Below are positions 1-9,280 of a stretch of 64,000 nucleotides of DNA, one piece after another. The notes below the pieces were generated by a model. It was not told the origin of the DNA and made no database searches. It was given only the letters and a program-made list of their open reading frames with translations. Location: contig CAXXTH010000010.1 of assembly GCA_963668025.2 (NCBI GenBank), positions 800,001 to 864,000 of the forward strand. Direction: 5' to 3'. The DNA is from Candidatus Hydrogenedentota bacterium. Lineage in GTDB: Bacteria; Hydrogenedentota; Hydrogenedentia; Hydrogenedentales; SLHB01. Position 1 is the stretch's first letter; each line of letters opens with the position of its first letter. The translations under genes and the position numbers were made by a program.

Positions 1-933
1 ATGATACATCGCGCTAGGAAGCAGGAGCTGTCCGCCTCCCACGAGATGGACTAAATCCACCGGCTGGCTTTCACTGGATACGCGCAGCACGCACATGGCC
101 AGCAGTCCGAACAAGATGCTGCCCCGCTGGGCTTTGCGCAAAACCAGCACCACCACACCCAGTACGCTCAGCGCCGCCAGCCACCCAAGCCATGGGGAAT
201 CGTGAAACGTTTTGGCGGTCTCAGGCAGGAAACCCAGCGGATAGAAAAGGAAATAGAGCGGAGCGAAACGCTGGGCAAGGCCGAATCCGCCCGCGCGAAT
301 CTCCGATGCATGAACGAAGATGGCCGCAACGCCCAACAATACAAAGGGGGCCAAACGCCAATAGCGCCGTTTTTCTTTGGGCGTAATGAGGCATTCGTAC
401 AAAACTACGGCTGCGAATGCCAGCGTGCATGCCGGGCTGGAGAACGAAGCCGCGGCCATAAAGCCGAGTGATGCAATGTATCTCCATTTTGCGGGATGCC
501 AGATGTGGCTGGCGTAAAACATGAGCGCCGCAAGCGTTAAGAAACACGGCAGGAGGCGTTCCACCCCGGATAGGTGGAGTACGGCTTCTCCCGTGGCGGG
601 ATTGGCCATGAAGAGCGTAGCCGCGAGTGTGCCCAGCCAGAATGGGCCTTTCATGCTGAAAGAGACGATTCGGGACAGGCAGAGCATGCAGGCATAGAGG
701 CACAGCATATTCACCAGATGATAGCCTGGCAGCCATGTTCCAAAGAGAGACATTTCTCCGCGAAACACGAAGCTGGGGAGCCATCCCATGGCGCTGCTGC
801 TGGGGGCAGCCAGCAGCTCAAAGTCCCGCCCGAGCGGGTAAACCGTTAAGCCCCAGGCATATACGATGGATAGGTAGATGAACATGACTACCGCGTCATA
901 TTTAGCGCGGTATTTTAATCGCAATTCGGCCAT
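1..933 (-). CDS. Polytopic membrane protein, GT-C fold/TMTC-like glycosyltransferase (3' end runs off the window)
   Basis: Not in the ORF track because it has no stop in the window. Manual translation from ATG 933 (or 957) is open to base 1: MAELRLKYRAKYDAVVMFIYL...LPGYHLVNMLCLY...LFMANPATGEAVLHLSG. It has many hydrophobic segments and GYHLVN / LF..P...EAV motifs typical of TMTC/PMT-like proteins. Confidence 0.6.
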   Translation of the reverse strand, partial: MAELRLKYRAKYDAVVMFIYLSIVYAWGLTVYPLGRDFELLAAPSSSAMGWLPSFVFRGEMSLFGTWLPGYHLVNMLCLYACMLCLSRIVSFSMKGPFWLGTLAATLFMANPATGEAVLHLSGVERLLPCFLTLAALMFYASHIWHPAKWRYIASLGFMAAASFSSPACTLAFAAVVLYECLITPKEKRRYWRLAPFVLLGVAAIFVHASEIRAGGFGLAQRFAPLYFLFYPLGFLPETAKTFHDSPWLGWLAALSVLGVVVLVLRKAQRGSILFGLLAMCVLRVSSESQPVDLVHLVGGGQLLLPSAMYH

Positions 934-996
934 TCGGCTGGGTTGACGGCGTCGCATGAGGGCAGAGTCTACTGAGTGAGCGTCTTGGAATCAAGC

Positions 997-1272
997 TCAA
1001 CGTATGGTGAACCGGTCGTATTGCGGTTCGCCTTGGGTCCAGAGAGAATCGGTGTGGGATACATAAGAATACGAAGGGCCGCGTTCACAGAACTCGAGCA
1101 TGCACTCGAGTGCTGGCCGCGGCCCTTCAAACTCTGCTTCCACGCGCCCATCGGGCAAATTACGCGCCCAACCGGCTAAGCCTAACATGCTGGCTTCACG
1201 CTGGATGGAGAACCGGAACCCTACGCCCTGGACACGGCCCGACACCCATACGTGCAAGCGCTCTATTGCCAC
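997..1272 (-). CDS. acyP: Acylphosphatase
   Basis: VSGRVQGVGFR and GWARNLPDGRVE signature motifs; probable GTG start at 1272. Confidence 0.95.
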   Translation of the reverse strand: MAIERLHVWVSGRVQGVGFRFSIQREASMLGLAGWARNLPDGRVEAEFEGPRPALECMLEFCERGPSYSYVSHTDSLWTQGEPQYDRFTIR

Positions 1273-2633
1273 ATATCGACCAGGCGTTCGCGGAATTGCG
1301 CATAGGCGGAAGACACGGCCGCCTGGCAAGCACGGACTGATACGCCGGTGTTTTGGCTTTCGAGAGCAGGTTGAATCAGCACGGTCAAATCTTTGATGCC
1401 CATCTCCGTGATGAGTTCACAAACCCGTTCTTGCACGGGGGGGAACTTGTCGGAGCGAAGCGCGTTTTGAAGCACCGGAATGGCTGTCCGGTCGCCTCCC
1501 ATGCGCAAAGCCACGGCAAGTTCAACTAACTGCGTCTGAGCGGATTCGACCTCGTCTATCCGCTGGTCGCGCCGCTCACGCAAGATATCCATGGATTTCA
1601 AGTCGCCATCTTTGGCTAAGAACATAGCGGCGTCTGTTTGAAGAGTAGGTATGGGGATGATCTCTTCCGTAATGATTTTCCGCCCATCGGGATCATCCAG
1701 CTTGTATAGCACGCGGCCAAGGCGGAAGCGGGTTGTGCTTGAAGCGTCGGCAAGCTGGTCTTTCATCAACTGGGTATTGGCTTTATCGCCAGACAGCAGC
1801 TTGGAAAGCGCAAAAATTGCAGCCTCGCCTTTGTCCGTGTTCCGGTCATCCAGCATTAGGATGAGGTCGGCGACGATTTCTTTATCGCCCAGCCGGGCCA
1901 AAGCGCGCGCGGCGGAGCTCGATATGTCTGGACGGCGGTCCCGAAACATTTCAAGCAGGTCAGGTTCGCCTTTTTTGTATTGGATGAGCCCCGCGAGCTT
2001 GGCGGATTCGGAGCGGATAACCCGGTTGCCGCTGGCAAGACCGGCATCAAGCACTTCCGGTTTGATGTCTTCCACGCGGCCCATCAAGTACAGTTCCATG
2101 CAAGCGGCGATTCCGCTTGCAAGGTCATTGCTGTCCCTGATTTTTAGGATATACTCGCTGGCTTTGTCTTTGGCGGCTACTTCACCGCCCACGCCGAGTA
2201 TGGCGGCGGCATCGAGCTTATAATTTTGGCTGGCGTCACCCGCATCGAAGATGGCGGAGGCGCGCTCCAAGGCCCGCTTCACGATTTGCTGTTGTTCCGG
2301 CAGCAGGTTAATGCCAGGGGCGGGCTGCCGATCCGGCTTTTCAATGCGCCCTTCTTGCACGCGGATTTCCGCGAGGGATTTGAACAGATAGGTCTGGCGT
2401 TCATTGTTGTCGGTCTGAACGGCGATATAATCCGGACCGATCTCGAGGACCCGGAGGTTGGTGTCTTCTGCGTTCGAACCGTTGATGACTGCCGTTACTA
2501 GGACATCGCTTCCAGCAAGCTGCTGAAGCGTTTTTCCATTTGCCCCCGTAAGCGTGGGAGTTTGCGCGGATGCAATCGCCGCAATACATACAGCAGTGAT
2601 GGCAAGCAAGCTGAGTCGTCGCATGGCCCTCAT
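1263..2633 (-). CDS. Secreted HEAT-repeat protein
   Basis: N-terminal signal peptide (LSLLAITAVCIAAIASA) and repeated helical motifs such as AARALARLGD and AAIFALSKL. Confidence 0.75.
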   Translation of the reverse strand: MRAMRRLSLLAITAVCIAAIASAQTPTLTGANGKTLQQLAGSDVLVTAVINGSNAEDTNLRVLEIGPDYIAVQTDNNERQTYLFKSLAEIRVQEGRIEKPDRQPAPGINLLPEQQQIVKRALERASAIFDAGDASQNYKLDAAAILGVGGEVAAKDKASEYILKIRDSNDLASGIAACMELYLMGRVEDIKPEVLDAGLASGNRVIRSESAKLAGLIQYKKGEPDLLEMFRDRRPDISSSAARALARLGDKEIVADLILMLDDRNTDKGEAAIFALSKLLSGDKANTQLMKDQLADASSTTRFRLGRVLYKLDDPDGRKIITEEIIPIPTLQTDAAMFLAKDGDLKSMDILRERRDQRIDEVESAQTQLVELAVALRMGGDRTAIPVLQNALRSDKFPPVQERVCELITEMGIKDLTVLIQPALESQNTGVSVRACQAAVSSAYAQFRERLVDMWQ

Positions 2634-2830
2634 TTTCTCCTCAACTTTGTATTGTTGGGTTAATTCGCGGACATTCTACACATTCTATGAAACCCCGTTC
2701 ACCTCTAAAAACACAAGAGGCTTTGCCGCCTAGCCAGGCGGAAAATGAACAAGCTTGGCATGCATAATCGCGGAATCCGCACCACTAATGCAAATTTACC
2801 ACGCGTGAGCCGGAAATCCGCGCGCAAAGC

Positions 2831-4078
2831 CTAATGTAGTTCGATTCGTTCTTGTTGCATAAGCTGTTGCAGGTAGGCTTTTGCCGCGTCCAAGGAAGGC
2901 ACGAGCGGATTAGTGGTAAGGGCTTGCAAAGCATACTCGTAGGAGCGATGCCGCACCGCTTCGACGGTGAGGCGGTCGCTTTCCTTGACCGAAAAGAATA
3001 GTCCTTTTAGAAAACGGGGGCAGCTTCCCACTTTTTGGACGGATACGCCCTCCTTGCTGACGGACGCGGCGAGTTCCACGCTGCAATTATCCGGCAGGTC
3101 GCGAATGGCGCCGCCGTTGCGCACGCATAAGATATGCTCACTCGGTTCGCTCCGTTCCAGCGCCTCGATCAACGGCACGATGGTTTCCTCATACCAGGCG
3201 GCATTGCGGGCTCGAGTGAGATCGGGGATATCAGCAAGATGCTCATCTTCATACAGCCGCAAAATCTGGCGCTCAGCTTCATACAGTACTTCGGCGCGGT
3301 AGCGCGCGGTGGACTCTTGTTTTTTTAACAAGATGTCTTTATGAAAAAAAATGCCCACCCGCCGCGTCGGTATCAGGTGGAACAGCTCGATCAGCTCGGT
3401 GTCAAATCCGTCATCCTTGAGCAATTCCATCCGTTCGAAGATGCGCGGCATCAGGCTTCGCCCTTGGCATTTCACATCTTGAAACCAGCCCAATTGATTG
3501 AGGCCGATATAATCAAAAGCGAGCTCCATGGGGTCGTGGTGGAGTAGCTCGGCGATTTGTTTGATGTAGCCGCCGGGCAAGTCGCTTGCGCCGATGACAT
3601 TTAGTTTCGAGTATTTAAGCAGCGCCTCGACGCAGATTCCAATGGGATTAGTTAAATTGATGAGGGTTGCATTGGGCGCGGTTTCTTCTATGATGCGGGC
3701 ATACTCGAATAAAACAGGCAGCGTGCGCATGGCGTTGGCGAATCCGCCCGCGCCCAGGCTTTCATCGCCGATCATGCCCATGCGCGGGGGCGTTTTCTCA
3801 TCGCGCAGCCGCGCTTGCATGCCGCCTACGCGGATGTTGTTGAGGATATATTTTGCGCCGCGCACGCCTTCTTGGACGTTATCCGTGCCATGCACGAGCG
3901 CCGGGAATCCCCGTTTGTTGAGAAGGCGCTGGCAAAACCCACTGACCAGTTTCAACTTGTGGGCGGAGCGGCCTATCAGCACAATCTCTTTGACATTCAG
4001 ATTGTGCGAAATGACGGATTGGATAAATTCCGGGGCGTAGACGCTGCTGCCGCCCAAAACGGCGATACGGGGGATCAT
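2831..4078 (-). CDS. Glycoside hydrolase family 4 homolog (6-phospho-beta-glucosidase-like, with degenerate metal ligands)
   Basis: IAVLGGSSVY NAD-binding loop, IRVGG...R..DEK.P, ESLGAGGFANAMRT, TNP, and C-terminal ALTTNPLVP. Confidence 0.85.
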   Translation of the reverse strand: MIPRIAVLGGSSVYAPEFIQSVISHNLNVKEIVLIGRSAHKLKLVSGFCQRLLNKRGFPALVHGTDNVQEGVRGAKYILNNIRVGGMQARLRDEKTPPRMGMIGDESLGAGGFANAMRTLPVLFEYARIIEETAPNATLINLTNPIGICVEALLKYSKLNVIGASDLPGGYIKQIAELLHHDPMELAFDYIGLNQLGWFQDVKCQGRSLMPRIFERMELLKDDGFDTELIELFHLIPTRRVGIFFHKDILLKKQESTARYRAEVLYEAERQILRLYEDEHLADIPDLTRARNAAWYEETIVPLIEALERSEPSEHILCVRNGGAIRDLPDNCSVELAASVSKEGVSVQKVGSCPRFLKGLFFSVKESDRLTVEAVRHRSYEYALQALTTNPLVPSLDAAKAYLQQLMQQERIELH

Positions 4079-4779
4079 GCGGGTATCGCCTCCTCTCCAT
4101 GGAGCCCCATGATACGGCGCACCGCGTCATGGCCGATTTTCGACAACCCATCCAGCAAACGGCGATACGATAGGGGCTTCGTTTCCAATCGGATGCGCCC
4201 GGCCCGAAGAGCTTCCACCACCCCGGACGGCGTTTTTTCCGCTTGGACAAAGGTGAAGTTGGTGTTTTCGTAGGGCACGCCATGGTGATCGGATGTGGCG
4301 ATGCAAGGCAGGCCGTGTTGTTGCGCCACGCGTATGGCCTTGCGGTTAAAATTGATCGCGGGAATATAAAATGAGCAGTATTCGATGGCGTCGAAGCAAT
4401 GGATATGCTGCAATAGGCATGCGCCCAGGCTGGTGGGGGAGGGGAAATAGGGGTGGGGGGCGATAATGAGTTCGCCCCGGCCCCGGATGGCGTGCAAGTG
4501 CCTGAAAGTCTTGACTTTCCATTGCTCCGCGCAAGGATTAAGCATGAGGACATGCTTGCCTTCAACGAGCAGTTCCACTCCAGGCAAGAGCAAGATGCCG
4601 CGCCGTTCCGCGTAACGGGCCAGCCGTTGAGTGGCCGGGTAGCCCCGGTGTCCGGTTATGGCCAGCACATCGACGCCCGAGGCTGCGGCGCTCTCGATCA
4701 ACATTTCCGATGAATAAGGCAGATCATCGGTCCGATCATCGCCCGAATGGGAATGTACGTCTGTTTTCAGCCATTCCAT
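4075..4779 (-). CDS. PHP-domain protein (metal-dependent phosphoesterase)
   Basis: DVHSHS, AITGH, PGVE, IAPHPY and TSDHH motifs. ATG 4779 is preceded by GGAGGTG, and the stop overlaps the GH4 start. Confidence 0.85.
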   Translation of the reverse strand: MEWLKTDVHSHSGDDRTDDLPYSSEMLIESAAASGVDVLAITGHRGYPATQRLARYAERRGILLLPGVELLVEGKHVLMLNPCAEQWKVKTFRHLHAIRGRGELIIAPHPYFPSPTSLGACLLQHIHCFDAIEYCSFYIPAINFNRKAIRVAQQHGLPCIATSDHHGVPYENTNFTFVQAEKTPSGVVEALRAGRIRLETKPLSYRRLLDGLSKIGHDAVRRIMGLHGEEAIPA

Positions 4780-4931
4780 GGTATCCGGCGCACCTCCGTA
4801 ATCTGGAATGCAGAACGTATGGCCGCGCCCGCAGGGCGCATAAGCCTCTGCTTGTAATCTTACCAGCGGCGATGGCCGTATGCAAAAACAACGGCTTGGC
4901 AATGGTTACTCGAGCGGATAATCGCCTCGCC

Positions 4932-5507
4932 TCAGAGCATGATATCGTCCGGCTCGATAACGGATTCGCCCGCGTTGCACAGGTCACAGGCGTCTGGCGG
5001 CCAGCTTTCGAGCGCAAGGCGCGCCAAAGGCTCGAACCGGCAGTCGAACGCGGCTTCGCCGCCGCTCCGGTCAATCAAAACGCCTACGCCCGCCACTTCC
5101 GCGCCGCGCCCGCGCAGATGCTCGATGGTCTTCTGGACCGAGCCGCCGGTGGTGATCACGTCTTCGACCACAAGCACGCGGGTCCCGGCGGCAAGGCGGA
5201 AGCCCCGCTTCAGCGCCATGCCGCCCGCGCCGTCTTTCTCGGTGAACACGGCGCGGCATCCCAAGTGGCGCGCCGTTTCATAGGCGAGGATGATGCCGCC
5301 GGTGGCGGGGCCGCACACCAGCTCGATGTGTTCCTGCTGGAAACGTTCGGCCAGGGCCTTGCACAGGGCTTCCGTTTTATCCGGGTATTGCAGCACCCGC
5401 GCGGCTTGCAAGAAAAACCGCCCATGGCGGCCGCTGGTGTATAGAAAATGGCCTTCCAATAAGGCTCCTGCGCTTCGGAAAACCTGGATGACATCCTGTT
5501 CGTTCAT
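4932..5507 (-). CDS. pyrE: Orotate phosphoribosyltransferase
   Basis: LLEGHFLYTSGRH, GPATGG, and the PRPP-binding motif VVEDVITTGGS. Confidence 0.95.
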   Translation of the reverse strand: MNEQDVIQVFRSAGALLEGHFLYTSGRHGRFFLQAARVLQYPDKTEALCKALAERFQQEHIELVCGPATGGIILAYETARHLGCRAVFTEKDGAGGMALKRGFRLAAGTRVLVVEDVITTGGSVQKTIEHLRGRGAEVAGVGVLIDRSGGEAAFDCRFEPLARLALESWPPDACDLCNAGESVIEPDDIML

Positions 5508-5538
5508 TCCGCCTCCTTAATTAAGATGGTTAAATCTG

Positions 5539-5619
5539 CTCCCGTAGCATGGGCGTCCCGCCCATGAAGCACAAGCTAGAGCCATCGCTGCATGGGCGGG
5601 ACGCCCATGCCCACGGGAG
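5539..5619. repeat. Inverted pair of REP-like palindromes (family A, GTAGCATGGGCGTCCCGCCCATG)
   Basis: CTCCCGTAGCATGGGCGTCCCGCCCATG ... CATGGGCGGGACGCCCATGCCCACGGGAG; a homologous pair lies at 16470-16525. Confidence 0.8.
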
Positions 5620-5622
5620 TAT

Positions 5623-7539
5623 TTAGTTCTCAATGGCGTCCAGTTCTGCCCATCGCGTGTAGCGTTCTTCGACACGGGCCTTGGCTGCGTCCAATGCTTC
5701 CAAGGTTTCCTGCACTTTGGCGTAGGGTTGTTCATAGAACTTCGGCTCGTGAATGCAGTCCTCGAGCCGCTGGACTTCCGCTTCCGCCTCATGAATGGAC
5801 GCCTCGATAGTAGCGAGTTCTTGTTTTTCTTTCCAGGATAAGCGCTTGCCCTTGGGCGCTTCCGGCTTTGGAGGGCGTTCTTTCACCGGTTTGGGCTGCG
5901 CCAGGGCCTTGGCTTCGGTGCGCTCGCGTGCGTAACGCAAGTAATCATCATGGTTTCCGGCCACCAGGACCACCTCGCCATTTTGCTCGAAGGAAAGGAT
6001 GTGCGTGCAGGCCCGGTTGAGGAAGAAGCGGTCATGGCTGACCAGGATAGCGCAGCCCTGGAAGGCGAGGACGGCCTCTTCGAGTACCCGGAGGGTGTAG
6101 AGGTCAAGGTCGTTGGTCGGCTCGTCCAGGATCAGGATGTTGCCGCCCCGAAGCAGTTTCTTGGCCAAATCGATGCGGTTGCGTTCGCCGCCGGATAAGT
6201 TTTCCATGGGCATGCGCAGCGTGGCGCGGTCGAACAGGAATTTCTCGAGGTACGAGGGTATAAACAACCGCTGGCCGTTCACCTCCATGTATTCCGCCCC
6301 GCCGGTCACATGCTGTAAAATAGTGTGGGCGGGATTGATCTCTTCATGGCTTTGGTCCACATAGAGGAACTGGGCCGTTTCGCCCATGATCACCAGGCCC
6401 GACTGGGGCGCTTCCACGCCCATGAGCACACGGAGCAGGGTGGTCTTGCCGCAGCCATTGGGGCCCAGCACGCCCACCCGCATGCCTTTTTGCAGGATAA
6501 ACGAGAAATCTTGGAACAAGGGCGCATCGCCATACGCAAACGAGATAGCTTTTGTCTCGATGGCGATCTTTCCAAGGCGGGGCGGCTCCGGGATGGCGAA
6601 GTCAAAGGCGCGGTCGCGGGGTGGCGGCCCTTGCTCATCCAAGTCGTCAAACCGCTTGATGCGGGCCTTCTGTTTCGTGGCGCGCGCCTTTGGACCCCGG
6701 ATGATCCAGTCCAGCTCGCGGCGCAAAAAACTGCGCCGGTTTTGCTCCGTCTGGGCCTCGATGATTTCACGGGCGGCTTTGCGTTCGAGATAGACTTCGT
6801 AGTTGCCGGGATACGAATAGAGCCGTGCGTTTGTAAGCTCGACAATGCGGTTCACCACTCGTTCGAGGAAATAACGGTCATGGGTGACCAATATGCACGT
6901 GCCGCGATAGGCGGCGAGAAAGGTTTCCAGCCATTGGATGCTGTCGATATCGATGTGGTTGGTCGGTTCGTCGAGGAGCAGCACATCCGGCTTTTGAAGC
7001 AGAGTGGCCGCGAGGTCCAGCCGCCGAAGCTCGCCGCCGGATAAATCGCTTACTCGCCGGTCTTCGGGTGGCAAGGCCAGCTCGGTGGCAATCCGTTTGA
7101 TGGTGGATTCCAGGTTCCAAGCGTCGGCCAGGTCCAATTCATGCTGGAGCGCGGAGAGCCGCTCCTCCAGTTGCGGGTTCCCATGCGTATGCGCCCAATC
7201 GGAGGAAAGGCGCTGGTGTTCATCGAGGAGCGCCCGCACGGACGCCGAGGCGGCACGGAGCGCTTCGCCCACCGTGGATGCCGCCGAGAGCGCGCATTGC
7301 TGCTGGAGCATGGCCACGCGCAACCCCTGGCGCATGGTCACGAAGCCTTCTTCCGGCGCGTCAAGCCCCGTAAAGATGCGCAGCAGCGTCGATTTGCCCG
7401 AACCGTTGCGGCCAATAAGGCCCACGCGGTCGCCTTCATGAATCGTCAGCGACGCGTCCTCGAGGATCGTCTGTGCGCCAAACCGCTTCGTGGCATTTTG
7501 CAGGCCCAAAATGGCCTGCCCTTGCGTCTCACCCGCCAT
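5623..7539 (-). CDS. ABC-F family ATPase (Uup-like)
   Basis: Two ABC domains (GRNGSGKS/LSGGE/LLLDEPTNH and GPNGCGKT/LSGGE/DEPTNDL), no TM segments, and a C-terminal coiled coil (LSWKEKQEL...RWAEL). Confidence 0.92.
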   Translation of the reverse strand: MAGETQGQAILGLQNATKRFGAQTILEDASLTIHEGDRVGLIGRNGSGKSTLLRIFTGLDAPEEGFVTMRQGLRVAMLQQQCALSAASTVGEALRAASASVRALLDEHQRLSSDWAHTHGNPQLEERLSALQHELDLADAWNLESTIKRIATELALPPEDRRVSDLSGGELRRLDLAATLLQKPDVLLLDEPTNHIDIDSIQWLETFLAAYRGTCILVTHDRYFLERVVNRIVELTNARLYSYPGNYEVYLERKAAREIIEAQTEQNRRSFLRRELDWIIRGPKARATKQKARIKRFDDLDEQGPPPRDRAFDFAIPEPPRLGKIAIETKAISFAYGDAPLFQDFSFILQKGMRVGVLGPNGCGKTTLLRVLMGVEAPQSGLVIMGETAQFLYVDQSHEEINPAHTILQHVTGGAEYMEVNGQRLFIPSYLEKFLFDRATLRMPMENLSGGERNRIDLAKKLLRGGNILILDEPTNDLDLYTLRVLEEAVLAFQGCAILVSHDRFFLNRACTHILSFEQNGEVVLVAGNHDDYLRYARERTEAKALAQPKPVKERPPKPEAPKGKRLSWKEKQELATIEASIHEAEAEVQRLEDCIHEPKFYEQPYAKVQETLEALDAAKARVEERYTRWAELDAIEN

Positions 7540-7679
7540 GCATATCTCTCCAAGACATCCGTTTACCGAGGCGATACCATAGCGCGGGCTTTCGACCGGA
7601 TACAAGCTGATGGAAAACACCTGACGTGGGCATTGCCCACAACCCAATGGAACGCATAAAACAGTTTGTTTTCATTTAC

Positions 7680-7790
7680 CTTTGCGTTCTTGGCGGCTTT
7701 GCGTGAGTATAAACTGGTTGGGCGCACTGGCGCTAGCAGCGTGTAGAATCTTGAGTTACATATTTTACGCAAAGCCGCCAAGGCGCAAAG
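7680..7790. repeat. Intergenic inverted repeat (CTTTGCGTTCTTGGCGGCTTTGCGT / ACGCAAAGCCGCCAAGGCGCAAAG)
   Basis: Arms of about 25 bp that are nearly complementary, separated by about 60 bp. Confidence 0.7.
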
Positions 7791-7925
7791 AATATAAGGT
7801 CCATCACGCGGCATAACCGCAATCAACGAGCCGGATTTTGAGGCCACCTTATGCAGGGGCGAAAATATTGCCCGCCGCACAATGGAACGGCATGAATCTG
7901 GCGATTTTCGCACCCGTGAAGAATA

Positions 7926-7993
7926 ACCGGCGAGGGCGGCGGCCCCACACTCTGTTTGCCGTATATCGTGTGGGACCGCCGCCCCCGGCGGTC
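7926..7993. repeat. Inverted pair of REP-like palindromes (family C, GTGTGGGACCGCCGCCCCCGGCGGTC)
   Basis: The reverse complement of 7926-7950 (GTGTGGGGCCGCCGCCCTCGCCGGT) resembles 7968-7993. Confidence 0.7.
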
Positions 7994-8029
7994 GTATAGT
8001 CTATCGATTACATGGGCGTGTTCTTTCGT

Positions 8030-9280
8030 TCAGGTTTTACTATCTTCTGTAACAACCTCCACGACTTGCACAATGGGGGGTGGGATAACGGCATTCGCCT
8101 TTACCGTTCTCTGGGAGAACACTTCGCTCCAATCAATGTGGGCGGTCACTTTCATCAATACCGCCAAAGTCACCACGGAACCGATAGCTACGGTCAGGCC
8201 TGTTATCCCCTTCAGGAAGAAACTGTAGGAGAACAGGACCAAAAAGAACACTTGGCCTGCCGCCGCGACTTTCCAGGGAAACTTTCCCTTCAGCGCCGTC
8301 GAAAGATAGCTCGTCACCAGGGCAACCGAGACAATCGCCGAGATTACGAAGGCGAGATGGGTGTTGACCAAGCCGGCCATATAGGCGAGCAGCAGGTGAA
8401 ACGCAAAGAATCCGGCTGCTACAAAGAGGTAATGCATGGGGTGGATGTCCACTTTGTACAGGATGTTGATGGTGGCCACCAAGACGAAGAAGAAAATAAG
8501 GCACACCGGCGCAAAGAAGGTGATGCGAGAGATCAATGGCCCTGGATTCAGCTTTTCCGGGATAATGACGCCGATGTCCTGCCGGGTGATCAAGTCCGTC
8601 GCTTGCCAGGCAAGCATCATCCCGTTTCCAGCATGCCCGGACGACATGGGTGACAAACTGCCGTCTGGATAATCCACCTTCCGAAAGTCGGTTTGCACCG
8701 TCAAGTCGAGATTCTGAACGCGGCCCACGTCTTGAGGCATCAAGTACCGCCACTCCCGAATACCCCGGGTGGTGTAGCAGACACGGAAATCCGTACTTTG
8801 TCCCGGAGCCAGTTCGACCATCTCATTAGCGCCTTCCTGCGGGTTAATGGGAGAGGCCAACTGCTCGTTGTTGAGGGATAGGACGAAATCGTCGTATGTC
8901 CCGTTGGTGGCTGGAAAATCGAAGTGGATGCGGATCTTCTGCGCCACCGCTTCGTTATTGGTGATCGTGTATGTTCCGTCAAACGCGCAAACATAGGTCG
9001 GGTGCCAGATAAGCCCCTTTTTCCGGTAATCCGTCTTGAGGTCCACCTTGATCAGGTTCTTGGCGGGCATGACCGGGCGCACCCGTTCACTGCCCGGAAT
9101 CTCCGCGGTTACCGACGGCGTTTTCTGGCCGAGTGGAGCGCCCCACATCTCCTCGACCATAGGCCCCAGACGCCCATGAAACTTGCCCGTTCTCATGGTA
9201 GTGGCGACGCCAAGGGTCCACCACCCCGCACAGGCGAGTAGAAATATGATTCCTACTGCGATGAACCTTTTCACACTCAT
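8030..9280 (-). CDS. CreD-like inner membrane protein
   Basis: N-terminal TM, soluble domain, then about 6 C-terminal TMs with IHPMHYLFVAAGFFAFHLLLAY, resembling the CreD IHP.QY...G.A...F.LLL motif. Confidence 0.75.
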   Translation of the reverse strand: MSVKRFIAVGIIFLLACAGWWTLGVATTMRTGKFHGRLGPMVEEMWGAPLGQKTPSVTAEIPGSERVRPVMPAKNLIKVDLKTDYRKKGLIWHPTYVCAFDGTYTITNNEAVAQKIRIHFDFPATNGTYDDFVLSLNNEQLASPINPQEGANEMVELAPGQSTDFRVCYTTRGIREWRYLMPQDVGRVQNLDLTVQTDFRKVDYPDGSLSPMSSGHAGNGMMLAWQATDLITRQDIGVIIPEKLNPGPLISRITFFAPVCLIFFFVLVATINILYKVDIHPMHYLFVAAGFFAFHLLLAYMAGLVNTHLAFVISAIVSVALVTSYLSTALKGKFPWKVAAAGQVFFLVLFSYSFFLKGITGLTVAIGSVVTLAVLMKVTAHIDWSEVFSQRTVKANAVIPPPIVQVVEVVTEDSKT

